Positions 48,630 through 58,844 of a DNA stretch of 64,000 nt are shown one piece after another (the first letter of the stretch is position 1; each line of letters starts with the position of its first letter). Below the pieces are notes generated by a model. It ran no database searches. It was not told the origin of the DNA and was given only the letters and a program-made list of their open reading frames with translations. The position numbers were made by a program, and so were the translations under genes. This DNA comes from Clostridia bacterium (GTDB lineage: Bacteria > Bacillota > Clostridia > Christensenellales > Aristaeellaceae). Location of the stretch: positions 25,342-89,341 of the forward strand of contig JAGAAC010000063.1 of assembly GCA_017615475.1 (NCBI GenBank). Reading direction: 5' to 3'.

Positions 48630-50057
48630 ATGAATAAAAACGCGCTTGTCCATGTCACCGACTGTACGCTGCCTCAGTCTGAGAACCAGTGTGAACTCAG
48701 TTTCAGGGAAAAAATAGAATTATGCCGTCTGATCGATAAACTGGGTGTTTCTTCCATCGATCTTTGTCCGATCAGGCAGAAGAAAATAGACCGTCTCCTT
48801 GTCAAGTCCATCTGTTCCGCGGTGAAACACGCCACAGTGGCTGTTCCCGTAGACCTGATGGACAAGGATTCCGTTCAGATCACATGGGAAGCCATGAAAG
48901 AAGCTGTCAATCCCCGTCTCCAGGTTGCCGCACCGGTCAGTTCAGTTCAGATGGAATATATCCTTCATCTGAAGGCTGACGCCGCCTGCCGGAAAACGGA
49001 GGAAATGATCAGATGCTGCCGGGAACTGACGGATAACGTGGAGTTTATCGCGCAGGACGCAACACGCAGCGATCATTCCTTCCTTGTCAGGATTATCACT
49101 GCTGCCATTGAAGCCGGCGCTGCTGTTGTTACATTGTGCGATACCGCCGGTGCCATGATGCCGGATGAAATATCCGACTGGCTCAGTTCTCTCAAAAGCG
49201 ACATTCCGGAGCTGAACAAAGTCACTCTTGGTTTCTATTGCTCAGGAGAACTGAACATGGCCGATGCCAACGCGGTTTCAGCCATTCGTTGCGGCGTCCG
49301 TGAAATCAAAGCCGCTGCCTGCAGCGCCACTGCCATCTCGCTTCCGAATATTGTCCGTATCCTGAACGCTAAAGGCGGTTCAATGGGTGTCTGCACCGAT
49401 ATCGGTGTCGAAAAGATCAGGAAGATTACAGGGCAAGTCAGGATGATCTGCCAGGCTTCCGGCCGCAAATCCGAACTATCCGCCGGTTACAGTGATGAAG
49501 AATCCGACGCGGATTATCTTCTGAGCATTCATGACAGTATTGAAACAGTGATGCGTGCTGCTGAAAAACTTGGTTACGATCTGAATGCGGAAGATCAGCA
49601 GAAAATCTGGAAAAGCTTCTGTCAGACTGCAGAGAAAAAAGAACATATTACGCTGCGGGAACTGGATGCTATTATAGCTGCCGAAGCAATGCAGGTGCCG
49701 CCGGCTTATCATGATATCCATTATATGATCAGTACAGGAAATCAGATCGGCGCAGTAGCCCATATGAAACTGATGTTCCATAACCAGGAGCTGGAAGGCA
49801 CCGCGTCCGGGGACGGCGTAATTGATGCCGCCTTCAATTCTGTTGAGCAGGCTACAGGCAGGCATTTCGAGCTTGACGATTTCCAGATTCAGGCTGTTAC
49901 CGAGGGGCGTGAAGCTATGGGCGAAACCGTTGTAAGGCTCCGCTGGGAAGGAAAACTGTATTCCGGGCGCGGCATTTCCACTGATATTGTCGGGGCCGGT
50001 ATCATGGCTTATATCAATGCCGTCAATAAAATCGTCTATGAGGAGGAAGAGGCATGA
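48630..50057 (+). CDS. Catalytically degenerate 2-isopropylmalate-synthase (LeuA)-like protein with intact C-terminal regulatory domain
   Basis: LeuA-like segments (EFIAQDATRSD, LCDTAG; C-terminal GDGVIDA, STDIV...AYINAVN), but DTTLRDGEQ reads DCTLPQSEN and HCHND reads YCSGE. Confidence 0.8.
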   Translation: MNKNALVHVTDCTLPQSENQCELSFREKIELCRLIDKLGVSSIDLCPIRQKKIDRLLVKSICSAVKHATVAVPVDLMDKDSVQITWEAMKEAVNPRLQVAAPVSSVQMEYILHLKADAACRKTEEMIRCCRELTDNVEFIAQDATRSDHSFLVRIITAAIEAGAAVVTLCDTAGAMMPDEISDWLSSLKSDIPELNKVTLGFYCSGELNMADANAVSAIRCGVREIKAAACSATAISLPNIVRILNAKGGSMGVCTDIGVEKIRKITGQVRMICQASGRKSELSAGYSDEESDADYLLSIHDSIETVMRAAEKLGYDLNAEDQQKIWKSFCQTAEKKEHITLRELDAIIAAEAMQVPPAYHDIHYMISTGNQIGAVAHMKLMFHNQELEGTASGDGVIDAAFNSVEQATGRHFELDDFQIQAVTEGREAMGETVVRLRWEGKLYSGRGISTDIVGAGIMAYINAVNKIVYEEEEA

Positions 50058-52567
50058 ATCTTTCTTTTTCCACAAGGGGATGGAATTCCCTCTCCTGGGA
50101 TGAACAGGTCAGGGATGCCTCTGAAATGGGTTTCCAGGGCATTGAACCTTATAACATTCAGGAATTTCCCTCCCTTTCCGGCCGCGGAGGTCCTTTCCAC
50201 AGTTACAGTCAGAATGAAACCTTGCGTGAGCTGAAAAAAAACAAGCTTGCCCTTCCCTGTCTGGATTCCTCCGTTGATCTGTCACTCCCCTTTGATTCTC
50301 CTGAGAAGATACAGTATCTGATTGAAACAGCATCTTCCATGAAAACGCGTTATGTGGCTTTCTGCGCCCTGAAGGATCACGAGGAGCAGATCAGGCAGAA
50401 TATTGAAACCCTGCTTCCGCTTGCCCGGGGAGAAAACGTCTGCCTGCTGGTCAAAACCGTCGGTATTTATGCCGATACCTCCAGGCTCCGGGCGCTGATG
50501 GACAGTTATGCCTGCGATGAACTCGCCGCGCTGTGGGATATGCATCATCCCTATCGAGATTTTAATGAAATTCCCGACACAACCATCCGCAACCTGGGCG
50601 GATATGTAAAACATGTTCATCTCCGTGATTCCGATGATGACGGTTCCTATAACCTGATCGGTGAAGGCACCCTGCCGATCCGTGATATGATGAATGCCCT
50701 TTCCTCCATTGACTATGACGGTTTTATTTCTCTTGAGTGGAAAACCGAATGGATTGCGGATATTCCGGACCGGGAGATTATCTTCCCCCATTTCCTGAAT
50801 TATATGAACCGTTTTGAGAATCCGCGGGGCAAGAAAAAAGGCCTGTATTTCAATGAAGACGGAACAGGAAAGTATATCTGGAAAAAAGATGAGCTGATTG
50901 ACCTGACCTTCGGCCGTGTGCTGGACCAACTGGTGGAAGAGTTCCCTGATCAGTATGCATTCAAATATACAACGCTGGATTATACGCGCACCTATTCCGA
51001 ATTCCGTGATGACGTTGACCGTTTTGCCCGTGCCCTGATCTCCATGGGTGTCAGGGCCGGATCCAAAGTCGCTATATGGGCAACCAATGTCCCCGCCTGG
51101 TATATCACTTTCTGGGCAGCGACAAGAATCGGCGCGGTTCTTGTTACCGTCAATACCGCATATAAAATCCATGAAGCCGAATACCTTCTCCGCCAGAGCG
51201 ATACACATACGCTGGTCATGATCGAAAGTGCACTGGACAGCAATTACAGGGCCATCATCAATGAACTATGCCCCGAAATCATGCAGTCAAAAGCAGGAGC
51301 TCCGCTGCACTGTAAAAAACTGCCTTTCCTTCGGAATGTGATTACAGTCGGTTTTGTACAGCAGGGCTGCCTGACATTTGAGGAGGCAATGAAAAGAGCG
51401 GATTCCGTTCCTGTTGAAACACTGAATGCCATGGCCCAGAGCGTCAAACCGGACGATGTCTGCAATATGCAGTATACTTCCGGCACAACCGGTTTCCCGA
51501 AAGGCGTCATGCTGACTCATTACAATGTTGTCAATGACGGCAAGTGTATCGGTGACCGGATGGGTCTTTCCACCGCTGACCGGATGATGATCCAGGTGCC
51601 TATGTTCCATTGCTTCGGAATGGTGCTGGCCATGACCGCTTCCATGACCCACGGGACAACCCTGTGTCCGCTTCCCTACTTCTCCGCGAAAAACTCCCTG
51701 GCCTGTATAAACCAGGAAAGGATCACCTGTTTCCATGGGGTTCCCACGATGTTTATCGCCATGTTCAACCATGAAGACTACAGGAAAACCGATTTTTCAT
51801 ACATGAGAACAGGAATCATGGCCGGTTCAGGATGCCCGCCCGAACTGATGAAACGGGCCGCGCAGCCTGATGAAATGAACATGCGCGGAATCGTCAGCGT
51901 TTACGGACAGACAGAATCCTCTCCCGGCAGCACCATGTCGGCATGGACGGATTCCCTTGAACTGCGTACGGAAACCGTGGGCTATTCCTTCCCCCATGTG
52001 CAGACCAAAGTCATTGATCCCGAAACCGGCAAGGAAGTACCGGACGGTGTGGACGGTGAATTCTGCTCAAGGGGTTATCATATCATGAAGGGGTATTATA
52101 AGATGCCCGATGCGACCAATCAGGCCATTGACCAGGACGGCTGGCTGCATTCCGGCGATCTGGCGCGCAGGAACCCGGACGGAACCTATCTGATTACAGG
52201 ACGCCTGAAGGATATGATTATACGCGGAGGCGAAAACATCTATCCCAAGGAGATCGAAGAATTTATTTATACACATCCTGCCGTTGCTGACGTACAGGTA
52301 ATCGGCGTACCGGACGCCAAATACGGTGAGGCTGTGATGGCCTGTATCATTCTGAAAAAGGGTGAACAGTTAACAAAGGAAGAGATGACAGAATACATCA
52401 AATCCCATATGGCGCGTCACAAGGTGCCGCAGTATATTGAATTTGTCGATGCCTTCCCGATGAACGCTGCAGGCAAAGTGCTGAAATATAAAATGAGAGA
52501 AGAAGCAGCTGAAAGGCTCGGCCTGGTCGGTGCCGCCGGTATTGATACAGCCAAGGGACTCAAATAA
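50054..52567 (+). CDS. Fusion of sugar-phosphate-isomerase/AP-endonuclease-2 TIM barrel and acyl-CoA synthetase (AMP-binding)
   Basis: N ~260 aa: FST, GFQGIE, WDMHH, HVHLRD, ISLEW; C ~570 aa: YTSGTTGFPKG, YGQTE, HSGD, GRLKDMIIRGGENI, AGKVLK. Confidence 0.88.
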   Translation: MNLSFSTRGWNSLSWDEQVRDASEMGFQGIEPYNIQEFPSLSGRGGPFHSYSQNETLRELKKNKLALPCLDSSVDLSLPFDSPEKIQYLIETASSMKTRYVAFCALKDHEEQIRQNIETLLPLARGENVCLLVKTVGIYADTSRLRALMDSYACDELAALWDMHHPYRDFNEIPDTTIRNLGGYVKHVHLRDSDDDGSYNLIGEGTLPIRDMMNALSSIDYDGFISLEWKTEWIADIPDREIIFPHFLNYMNRFENPRGKKKGLYFNEDGTGKYIWKKDELIDLTFGRVLDQLVEEFPDQYAFKYTTLDYTRTYSEFRDDVDRFARALISMGVRAGSKVAIWATNVPAWYITFWAATRIGAVLVTVNTAYKIHEAEYLLRQSDTHTLVMIESALDSNYRAIINELCPEIMQSKAGAPLHCKKLPFLRNVITVGFVQQGCLTFEEAMKRADSVPVETLNAMAQSVKPDDVCNMQYTSGTTGFPKGVMLTHYNVVNDGKCIGDRMGLSTADRMMIQVPMFHCFGMVLAMTASMTHGTTLCPLPYFSAKNSLACINQERITCFHGVPTMFIAMFNHEDYRKTDFSYMRTGIMAGSGCPPELMKRAAQPDEMNMRGIVSVYGQTESSPGSTMSAWTDSLELRTETVGYSFPHVQTKVIDPETGKEVPDGVDGEFCSRGYHIMKGYYKMPDATNQAIDQDGWLHSGDLARRNPDGTYLITGRLKDMIIRGGENIYPKEIEEFIYTHPAVADVQVIGVPDAKYGEAVMACIILKKGEQLTKEEMTEYIKSHMARHKVPQYIEFVDAFPMNAAGKVLKYKMREEAAERLGLVGAAGIDTAKGLK

Positions 52568-52603
52568 AAAGAAGGAAGGATTAATTCCTTCCTTCTTTCT
52601 TTT
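52568..52603. terminator. Bidirectional intrinsic terminator
   Basis: AAAGAAGGAAGGA-TTAAT-TCCTTCCTTCTTT between convergent genes. Confidence 0.75.
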
Positions 52604-53609
52604 ACCTGTTTTCCAGCAGATGACGCGTTCCGCTGGGATCCGTAAGTACTTTGGCACATCCGAGTACCACGCAGTCCCTGGCGTCTGCTGACACCTGACA
52701 GGGAATATTCAGTGCGTCTCCGATCGCCTCGGACAATCCGTACAAAAGCGCACCGCCTCCGGTCAGGGTGACGCCGCTGTCGAAAATATCGGAAGCAAGC
52801 TGCGGCGGTGTACGCTCAATCACAACCTGTACCGCCTCAATCAGGTCGTTGACCTGATCCACAATCGCCTCATATATTTCGTCAGATTCAATGCTCATGG
52901 TCTTCGGCAGGCCGGAAATCAGATTGCGTCCTGTGATATCCATCACAACGGGCGGATCCTTTCTGACAGCGCCGCCAAGCGTAATCTTGATCTGTTCGGC
53001 TGTTCTTTCTCCGATCAGCATATTGTATTTTTTCCGGAGATACCGGATGATGGCGTCGTCAAAATGATCGCCTCCGATATGTACCGAACTGATAACGGAT
53101 ACCGAACTGTTATACAGGACTGCCAGGTCTGTACATCCGGCGCTGATATCCACCACAAGGCTTCCGTAGGGTCCGAGGAAATTGAGCTGTGCGCCCAGGG
53201 CAGCCGCTATGTTCTTATCCATCAGCTGTGTGCGACGGACACCCGCCTCAAACATGGAACTGATCAGCGCCTTTTTTTCCATATCCTTTACGCCGCTGGG
53301 AACAGCCATCACAGCACGGGGCCTGGCAAGCAGATGCTTGCCTATGACGGATGTGACAAAAAAGCGAAGCATGGCGCTTGTCAGCTCAAAATCAAGCATC
53401 TCACCCTGCGCAAGCGGACGGATAACATTCACGTTGGCCGGAGTCCGTCCGATCATCCTGTAAGCTTCAGAGCCAAAGGCAATAATATGATTGGTTTCAC
53501 GGTCCACTGCCACTACGGAAGGTTCACGGAAAACAATTCCCCGTCCTTTCATATAGATGACAACGTTGGATGTACCGAGATCAATCGCGATATCGTTCGT
53601 CTGAGCCAT
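52602..53609 (-). CDS. MreB/Mbl-like actin homologue (divergent)
   Basis: IAIDLGTSN, EPSVVA, IGRTP, GGDHFD, LIGERTAEQIK, LTGGGALL. Confidence 0.85.
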   Translation of the reverse strand: MAQTNDIAIDLGTSNVVIYMKGRGIVFREPSVVAVDRETNHIIAFGSEAYRMIGRTPANVNVIRPLAQGEMLDFELTSAMLRFFVTSVIGKHLLARPRAVMAVPSGVKDMEKKALISSMFEAGVRRTQLMDKNIAAALGAQLNFLGPYGSLVVDISAGCTDLAVLYNSSVSVISSVHIGGDHFDDAIIRYLRKKYNMLIGERTAEQIKITLGGAVRKDPPVVMDITGRNLISGLPKTMSIESDEIYEAIVDQVNDLIEAVQVVIERTPPQLASDIFDSGVTLTGGGALLYGLSEAIGDALNIPCQVSADARDCVVLGCAKVLTDPSGTRHLLENR

Positions 53610-53704
53610 AATGCGATCCTTTCACCACCTTCGGATAATACCTGAAAATCATATCATTATAAGATAAAAAAAACAACCTGGCCTGATAAAGAAAGCTGCA
53701 TTCC

Positions 53705-53733
53705 TTGACAATGCGAAATGTTCCACGCATAAT
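53705..53733 (+). promoter_or_regulatory. Sigma-A promoter of the DUF512-der operon
   Basis: TTGACA-17 bp-CATAAT. Confidence 0.65.
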
Positions 53734-53738
53734 ATAAT

Positions 53739-55091
53739 ATGGTATATTACGGGGATGAGGTGTTTGTTTTGTCTGTCAGAATTCATGCTGTTTCCGCTGG
53801 TTCACCCGCTGAAAAAGCCGGTATACAGCCTGATGACCGGATTGTATCCATTAACGATACACCCATTGCTGACGAGATAGATTATCAGGCACTTTCCACC
53901 GGTACAAACCTCAGGGTCCGGATTGAGCATGAAGGCATTCCCTGTGATTTTACCATCCGCAAATCCGAATGGACTCCTCTGGGTCTCAGCCTGGATGAGA
54001 CCGAATCCATGAAACCCCGTCACTGCAGAAACCGCTGCCTGTTTTGTTTTATTGACCAGCTGCCGCAGGGGATGCGGGATACCCTGTATGTCAAGGATGA
54101 TGACTGGCGTCTGAGTCTCATGATGGGCAACTATGTTACGCTTACCAATGTCAATGATGAAGAGTTTAACCGTATCATAGAGCGGAAAGCCTCTCCCCTT
54201 TTCATTTCCGTTCAGGCAACCGATCCACAGACCCGGTGCGTCATGCTCAGTAACCGGCACGCCGGTAACCTGATGGACAGGCTCAGGCGCCTGAAGGAGA
54301 ATGGTCTGCAGTTCCACTGCCAGGTGGTTCTCTGTCCCGGTGTCAACGACGGTGAAATCCTGAAGAAAACCATTACGGACCTGGCGTCATTATATCCTGC
54401 CTCTCAGTCTCTCGCGATCGTTCCGGTCGGTTTGACCAAACACAGGGAGGGACTGGCAGATCTGAAAGGTTTCGATGCCGTGTCAGCCAAAAAGCTGATC
54501 GATTTTGTCAGGGAGTATCAGGAAAAATACCTCAGGGAATTCGGTACCAGGTTCGTTTTTGCATCGGATGAGTTCTTCTGTATCTGCAATGAGCCTATCC
54601 CGGATCATACCGAATATGAGGATTATCCGCAGATAGAAAACGGAGTGGGTATGCTTCGTCTGCTGGAACAGGAATGCGAGGAAGCCTACGAATTCCTGTT
54701 TGCTGACGGATTCCCGGATCCGATGCCGGATCGTCACCTGCTGATTCCGACCGGCGTTTCAGCCCGTCCTTATATTGAGAAGCTTGTCAGCCGGTATGCG
54801 CCGGAAAAAACATCCGTCCGGGTGATGGAAGTCAAAAACCGCTTTTTCGGCGAAAGCATTACGGTTACCGGCCTGATTGTCGGCCGCGATCTCATTGACA
54901 CCCTGAAAGGCGTGCCGTGTACCGAAATACTGATCTGCGATACAATGCTTCGCGCGCAGACAGATAAATTTCTTGATGAAACAACGCTTGATGATGTTCG
55001 CAGGGAATTAGGAAAACCAATCAGGGTCGTTCAGAATAACGGAGAATCGCTGATCCGTGCCCTGTGGGGATTGGAGGAAGAAAATGGCTAA
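53739..55091 (+). CDS. PDZ plus radical-SAM-like DUF512 protein
   Basis: SPAEKAGI PDZ, CRNRCLFC (CxxxCxxC), LYVKDDDWRLS, YPQIENGVG; usual position upstream of der; start uncertain. Confidence 0.85.
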   Translation: MVYYGDEVFVLSVRIHAVSAGSPAEKAGIQPDDRIVSINDTPIADEIDYQALSTGTNLRVRIEHEGIPCDFTIRKSEWTPLGLSLDETESMKPRHCRNRCLFCFIDQLPQGMRDTLYVKDDDWRLSLMMGNYVTLTNVNDEEFNRIIERKASPLFISVQATDPQTRCVMLSNRHAGNLMDRLRRLKENGLQFHCQVVLCPGVNDGEILKKTITDLASLYPASQSLAIVPVGLTKHREGLADLKGFDAVSAKKLIDFVREYQEKYLREFGTRFVFASDEFFCICNEPIPDHTEYEDYPQIENGVGMLRLLEQECEEAYEFLFADGFPDPMPDRHLLIPTGVSARPYIEKLVSRYAPEKTSVRVMEVKNRFFGESITVTGLIVGRDLIDTLKGVPCTEILICDTMLRAQTDKFLDETTLDDVRRELGKPIRVVQNNGESLIRALWGLEEENG

Positions 55092-56415
55092 ACCTCTTGT
55101 TGCAATTGTCGGCCGTCCGAATGTCGGCAAATCCACCTTTTTTAATAAAATGGCCGGTAAAAGAATCAGCATCGTGGATGATATGCCCGGCGTGACGCGG
55201 GACAGAATCACCGCGGATGCCGAATGGCTTGGTCATGCTTTTACCATGATCGATACAGGCGGCATTGACCCCAAGAGTGATGATGTCCTTCTCGGCCAGA
55301 TGCGGGAACAGGCTGAAATCGCCATGGATCTTGCCGATGTTATCTGTTTTTTCACGGACGCCAGAGACGGACTGACGGAGGATGACAAGGATGTCGCCAA
55401 TATGCTCCGCAAGACCACAAAGCCTGTGCTGCTCGTTGTGAATAAAGTGGATTATCTTGACCTGAATGATAATCTGTATGAATTCTATGAACTGGGTCTC
55501 GGGGACCCGATCGGTATCAGCAGTGTCAATATGCTTGGATTCGGTGATTTGCTGGATCGCCTGATTGAGTTGTTCCCGAAGGATGCGGAAAGCACTGACG
55601 AAGAAACCAGCCCGATTCAGCTTGCCATTGTCGGCAGACCCAATGTAGGCAAAAGCTCTCTGACCAACCGTCTGCTGGGTGAAAACCGCACAATGGTCTC
55701 TGATATAGCAGGGACAACACGGGACGCCATAGACTCCCTTTATACCGATGAAGACGGCACCGTCTTCAACATCATCGATACCGCCGGTATCCGCAGAAAG
55801 CGTTCTGTTGAGGATGAATCTCTTGAAAGATACAGCGTACTCCGTTCCATCGCAGCCATCAGACGATGTGATGTGGCATTGCTCCTGATTGACGCGAATG
55901 ACGGTGTGACCGAGCAGGATACAAAGATTGCCGGTCTGATTCACGATGAAGGCAAGGCCGTGATTGTCATCGTCAATAAATGGGACATGCTTGACAAGGA
56001 AACAGGCACTTATGAAAAATACAGGAAACAGGTGCTGGATGACCTGAAATTCATGACTTACGCTCCTGTTTTATTCATTTCCGCCAAATCCGGCCAGCGT
56101 GTGGGGCAGATCCTGGATAAAGTCAAGGAAGTATATGCGACAGCCTGCCGCAGGATCACCACCGGTGTACTGAATGATGTCCTGAACGATGCTGTCAACG
56201 CGCTTCAGCCGCCGGTTCAGGGCGGAAAGCGCCTGAGAATCTATTATGCTACACAGGGAGGTGTTCAGCCGCCTTCCTTTGTACTGTTCGTAAACGAGGA
56301 AAAACTGATGTTCTTCTCCTATGAAAGATATCTTGAGAATTTCTTCAGGAAATCCTTCAATCTGGAGGGCACGCCGATCCGCTTTATCCTGCGCGAAAAA
56401 AAGAAGGAGGACTGA
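55084..56415 (+). CDS. der: Ribosome biogenesis GTPase Der (EngA)
   Basis: Two GRPNVGKS G-domains, GVTRD/GTTRD, DTGG/DTAG, NKVD/NKWD. Confidence 0.98.
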   Translation: MAKPLVAIVGRPNVGKSTFFNKMAGKRISIVDDMPGVTRDRITADAEWLGHAFTMIDTGGIDPKSDDVLLGQMREQAEIAMDLADVICFFTDARDGLTEDDKDVANMLRKTTKPVLLVVNKVDYLDLNDNLYEFYELGLGDPIGISSVNMLGFGDLLDRLIELFPKDAESTDEETSPIQLAIVGRPNVGKSSLTNRLLGENRTMVSDIAGTTRDAIDSLYTDEDGTVFNIIDTAGIRRKRSVEDESLERYSVLRSIAAIRRCDVALLLIDANDGVTEQDTKIAGLIHDEGKAVIVIVNKWDMLDKETGTYEKYRKQVLDDLKFMTYAPVLFISAKSGQRVGQILDKVKEVYATACRRITTGVLNDVLNDAVNALQPPVQGGKRLRIYYATQGGVQPPSFVLFVNEEKLMFFSYERYLENFFRKSFNLEGTPIRFILREKKKED

Positions 56416-56419
56416 CCGC

Positions 56420-57052
56420 ATGTCCATGGAAATCCTTTTGATTATATGTTGTCTGCTGAGCTATCTTCTTGGTTCCGTTTCCGGCGGAATCATCACGTCA
56501 AAGCTTGCCAAAGGTCCGGATCTTCATACAGTGGGAAGCAAAAGCACCGGAGCCAGCAACGTCCAGCGCACCATGGGCTGGAAATATGGCATTATCACTT
56601 TCCTGATTGATGCCCTGAAGGGAATCGCCGCCTGTGCAGTCACTGAACTGATTACCGGAAGCCATTATGCCGCCCTGCTGGCGGGATTGTTCTGCGTAAT
56701 CGGTCATAACTGGCCTGTTTTCTTTCACTTCCGCGGAGGAAAAGGCGTAGCCACAACCGGCGGCGTCATGCTTTACTGTTTTCCCCTTCCCGCTTTGCTG
56801 TGCATTGCCCTGACCGTCGCTGTTATCGTTCTTTTTAAATATATCTCAGTCGGCAGTATGCTGCTTGTAATCATGTTCTTTATTCTTTCCTTTTTCTTCA
56901 GTTCCGGAAATGCCTGTGTAATCATCTGGGCTTTCATTCTGATGGTTATGTGCATTGCCAGGCATCATGCCAATATTAACCGGCTGATTCACGGAAATGA
57001 AAACAAGCTCGGAAGCAAAGTACATTCTTCCGGAGGTACTCATGAACAATAA
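56420..57052 (+). CDS. plsY: Glycerol-3-phosphate acyltransferase PlsY
   Basis: [41 protein letters not shown]. Confidence 0.93.
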   Translation: MSMEILLIICCLLSYLLGSVSGGIITSKLAKGPDLHTVGSKSTGASNVQRTMGWKYGIITFLIDALKGIAACAVTELITGSHYAALLAGLFCVIGHNWPVFFHFRGGKGVATTGGVMLYCFPLPALLCIALTVAVIVLFKYISVGSMLLVIMFFILSFFFSSGNACVIIWAFILMVMCIARHHANINRLIHGNENKLGSKVHSSGGTHEQ

Positions 57053-58841
57053 TATGAATCATGTCCGCAATTTTTGTATTGTTGCTCATATCGACCACGG
57101 TAAAAGTACCCTTGCTGACCGGATTCTTGAAAAAACGGGTGTCTTTGAAAAACGTGAGATGGTGGAACAGATCCTGGACAGCATGGAACTGGAACGCGAG
57201 CGCGGCATCACCATCAAAAGCAAAGCGGTTCATATGACCTACCGTGCCAAGGATGGAAACGACTATATTCTGAATCTGATTGACACACCCGGTCATGTAG
57301 ACTTCACCTATGAAGTCAGCCGTGCTCTGGCAGCATGCGAAGGCGCCCTTCTTGTTGTGGACGCGACACAGGGAATCGAAGCGCAGACGCTTGCCAATGT
57401 TTACATGGCTCTTGAGCACAACCTTGAAACGATTCCTGTCATCAATAAAATTGATCTTCCGTCCGCAAGACCTGAAGAAGTAAAGCAGGAAATTGAAGAT
57501 GTAATCGGTCTGGACGCGAGTTACGCTCCCCTCATTTCCGCAAAAACCGGACTGAACGTGGAAGATGTTCTTGAAGCCATCGTTAATCATATCCCTGCCC
57601 CGCAGGGTGATGCCGATGCTCCGCTCAAGGCACTGATTTTTGATGCTTACTATGACAACTATCGCGGAGCCATCTGCTTTATCAGGGTCATGGACGGAAC
57701 AATACGGCCCGGGATGAAAATGCGAATGATGGCCACCGGCAGTGAATTTGACGTTGTGGAAGTCGGTACTTTTGATCCCGGCTACCGGCCCTGCAGCGAA
57801 CTGAAGGCCGGTGATGTCGGATACGTATCCGCTTCCATCAAGGATGTTCGCGACACCCGGGTCGGTGACACCATTACCGACGCTTCCCGGCCGGCTTCAG
57901 AGCCGCTTCCGGGTTACCGTAATGTTACACCCATGGTTTACTGCGGTATCTATCCCGCCGACGGCGCTGATTATCCCGCACTCAAGGACGCGCTGGAAAA
58001 GCTTCGGATGAATGATGCCTCCCTGTCTTTTGAACCGGAAACATCCGTCGCTCTTGGATACGGTTTCCGGTGCGGTTTTCTCGGTCTTCTCCACATGGAC
58101 ATCATTACCACACGCCTGGAACGTGAATTTGACCTGAATCTCGTTACAACGGCTCCCAGTGTTATTTACCGTGTTATTAAAACAAACGGCACAGAGCTGA
58201 TGATCGACAATCCGACCAATCTTCCTCCTGTCGGAGAAATTGCTGAGATGGAAGAACCTTTTGTCCATGCGACCATATATACTCCCCAGGATGCTGTCGG
58301 TACGCTGATGGAACTGTGCCAGGATAAACGTGGGATTTTCATTGATATGCAGTATGAGGGAAACCGGGTCAAGCTGAACTATGATATGCCGCTGAATGAG
58401 ATCATTTTTGATTTCTTTGATCAGATCAAAAGCCGGAGCCGCGGATATGCTTCTTTTGATTACGAACTGAAGGATTATCGTCCCAGCGATCTGGTCAAAC
58501 TGGATATCCTGCTCAACGGAGATATCTGCGATGCTTTTTCGATCATCGTACACCGCGAAAAAGCCTATGCCCGCGGCAGGGGAATTGCAGAAAAACTGAA
58601 GGACGTTATTCCCCGTCAGATGTTTGAGATACCGATTCAGGCCGCCATCGGCGGAAAAGTCATTGCACGGGAAACCGTTAAAGCAGTACGCAAGGACGTT
58701 CTCGCAAAATGTTACGGCGGCGATATCACCCGTAAGAAAAAACTGCTTGAAAAACAAAAAGAGGGCAAAAAACGGATGCGTCAGTTCGGCACCGTCCAGG
58801 TTCCGAGCGAAGCCTTCCTTGCAGTGCTGAAGATGGATTAA
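57042..58841 (+). CDS. lepA: Elongation factor 4 (LepA)
   Basis: [45 protein letters not shown]. Confidence 0.98.
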   Translation: MNNNMNHVRNFCIVAHIDHGKSTLADRILEKTGVFEKREMVEQILDSMELERERGITIKSKAVHMTYRAKDGNDYILNLIDTPGHVDFTYEVSRALAACEGALLVVDATQGIEAQTLANVYMALEHNLETIPVINKIDLPSARPEEVKQEIEDVIGLDASYAPLISAKTGLNVEDVLEAIVNHIPAPQGDADAPLKALIFDAYYDNYRGAICFIRVMDGTIRPGMKMRMMATGSEFDVVEVGTFDPGYRPCSELKAGDVGYVSASIKDVRDTRVGDTITDASRPASEPLPGYRNVTPMVYCGIYPADGADYPALKDALEKLRMNDASLSFEPETSVALGYGFRCGFLGLLHMDIITTRLEREFDLNLVTTAPSVIYRVIKTNGTELMIDNPTNLPPVGEIAEMEEPFVHATIYTPQDAVGTLMELCQDKRGIFIDMQYEGNRVKLNYDMPLNEIIFDFFDQIKSRSRGYASFDYELKDYRPSDLVKLDILLNGDICDAFSIIVHREKAYARGRGIAEKLKDVIPRQMFEIPIQAAIGGKVIARETVKAVRKDVLAKCYGGDITRKKKLLEKQKEGKKRMRQFGTVQVPSEAFLAVLKMD

Positions 58842-58844
58842 AAG

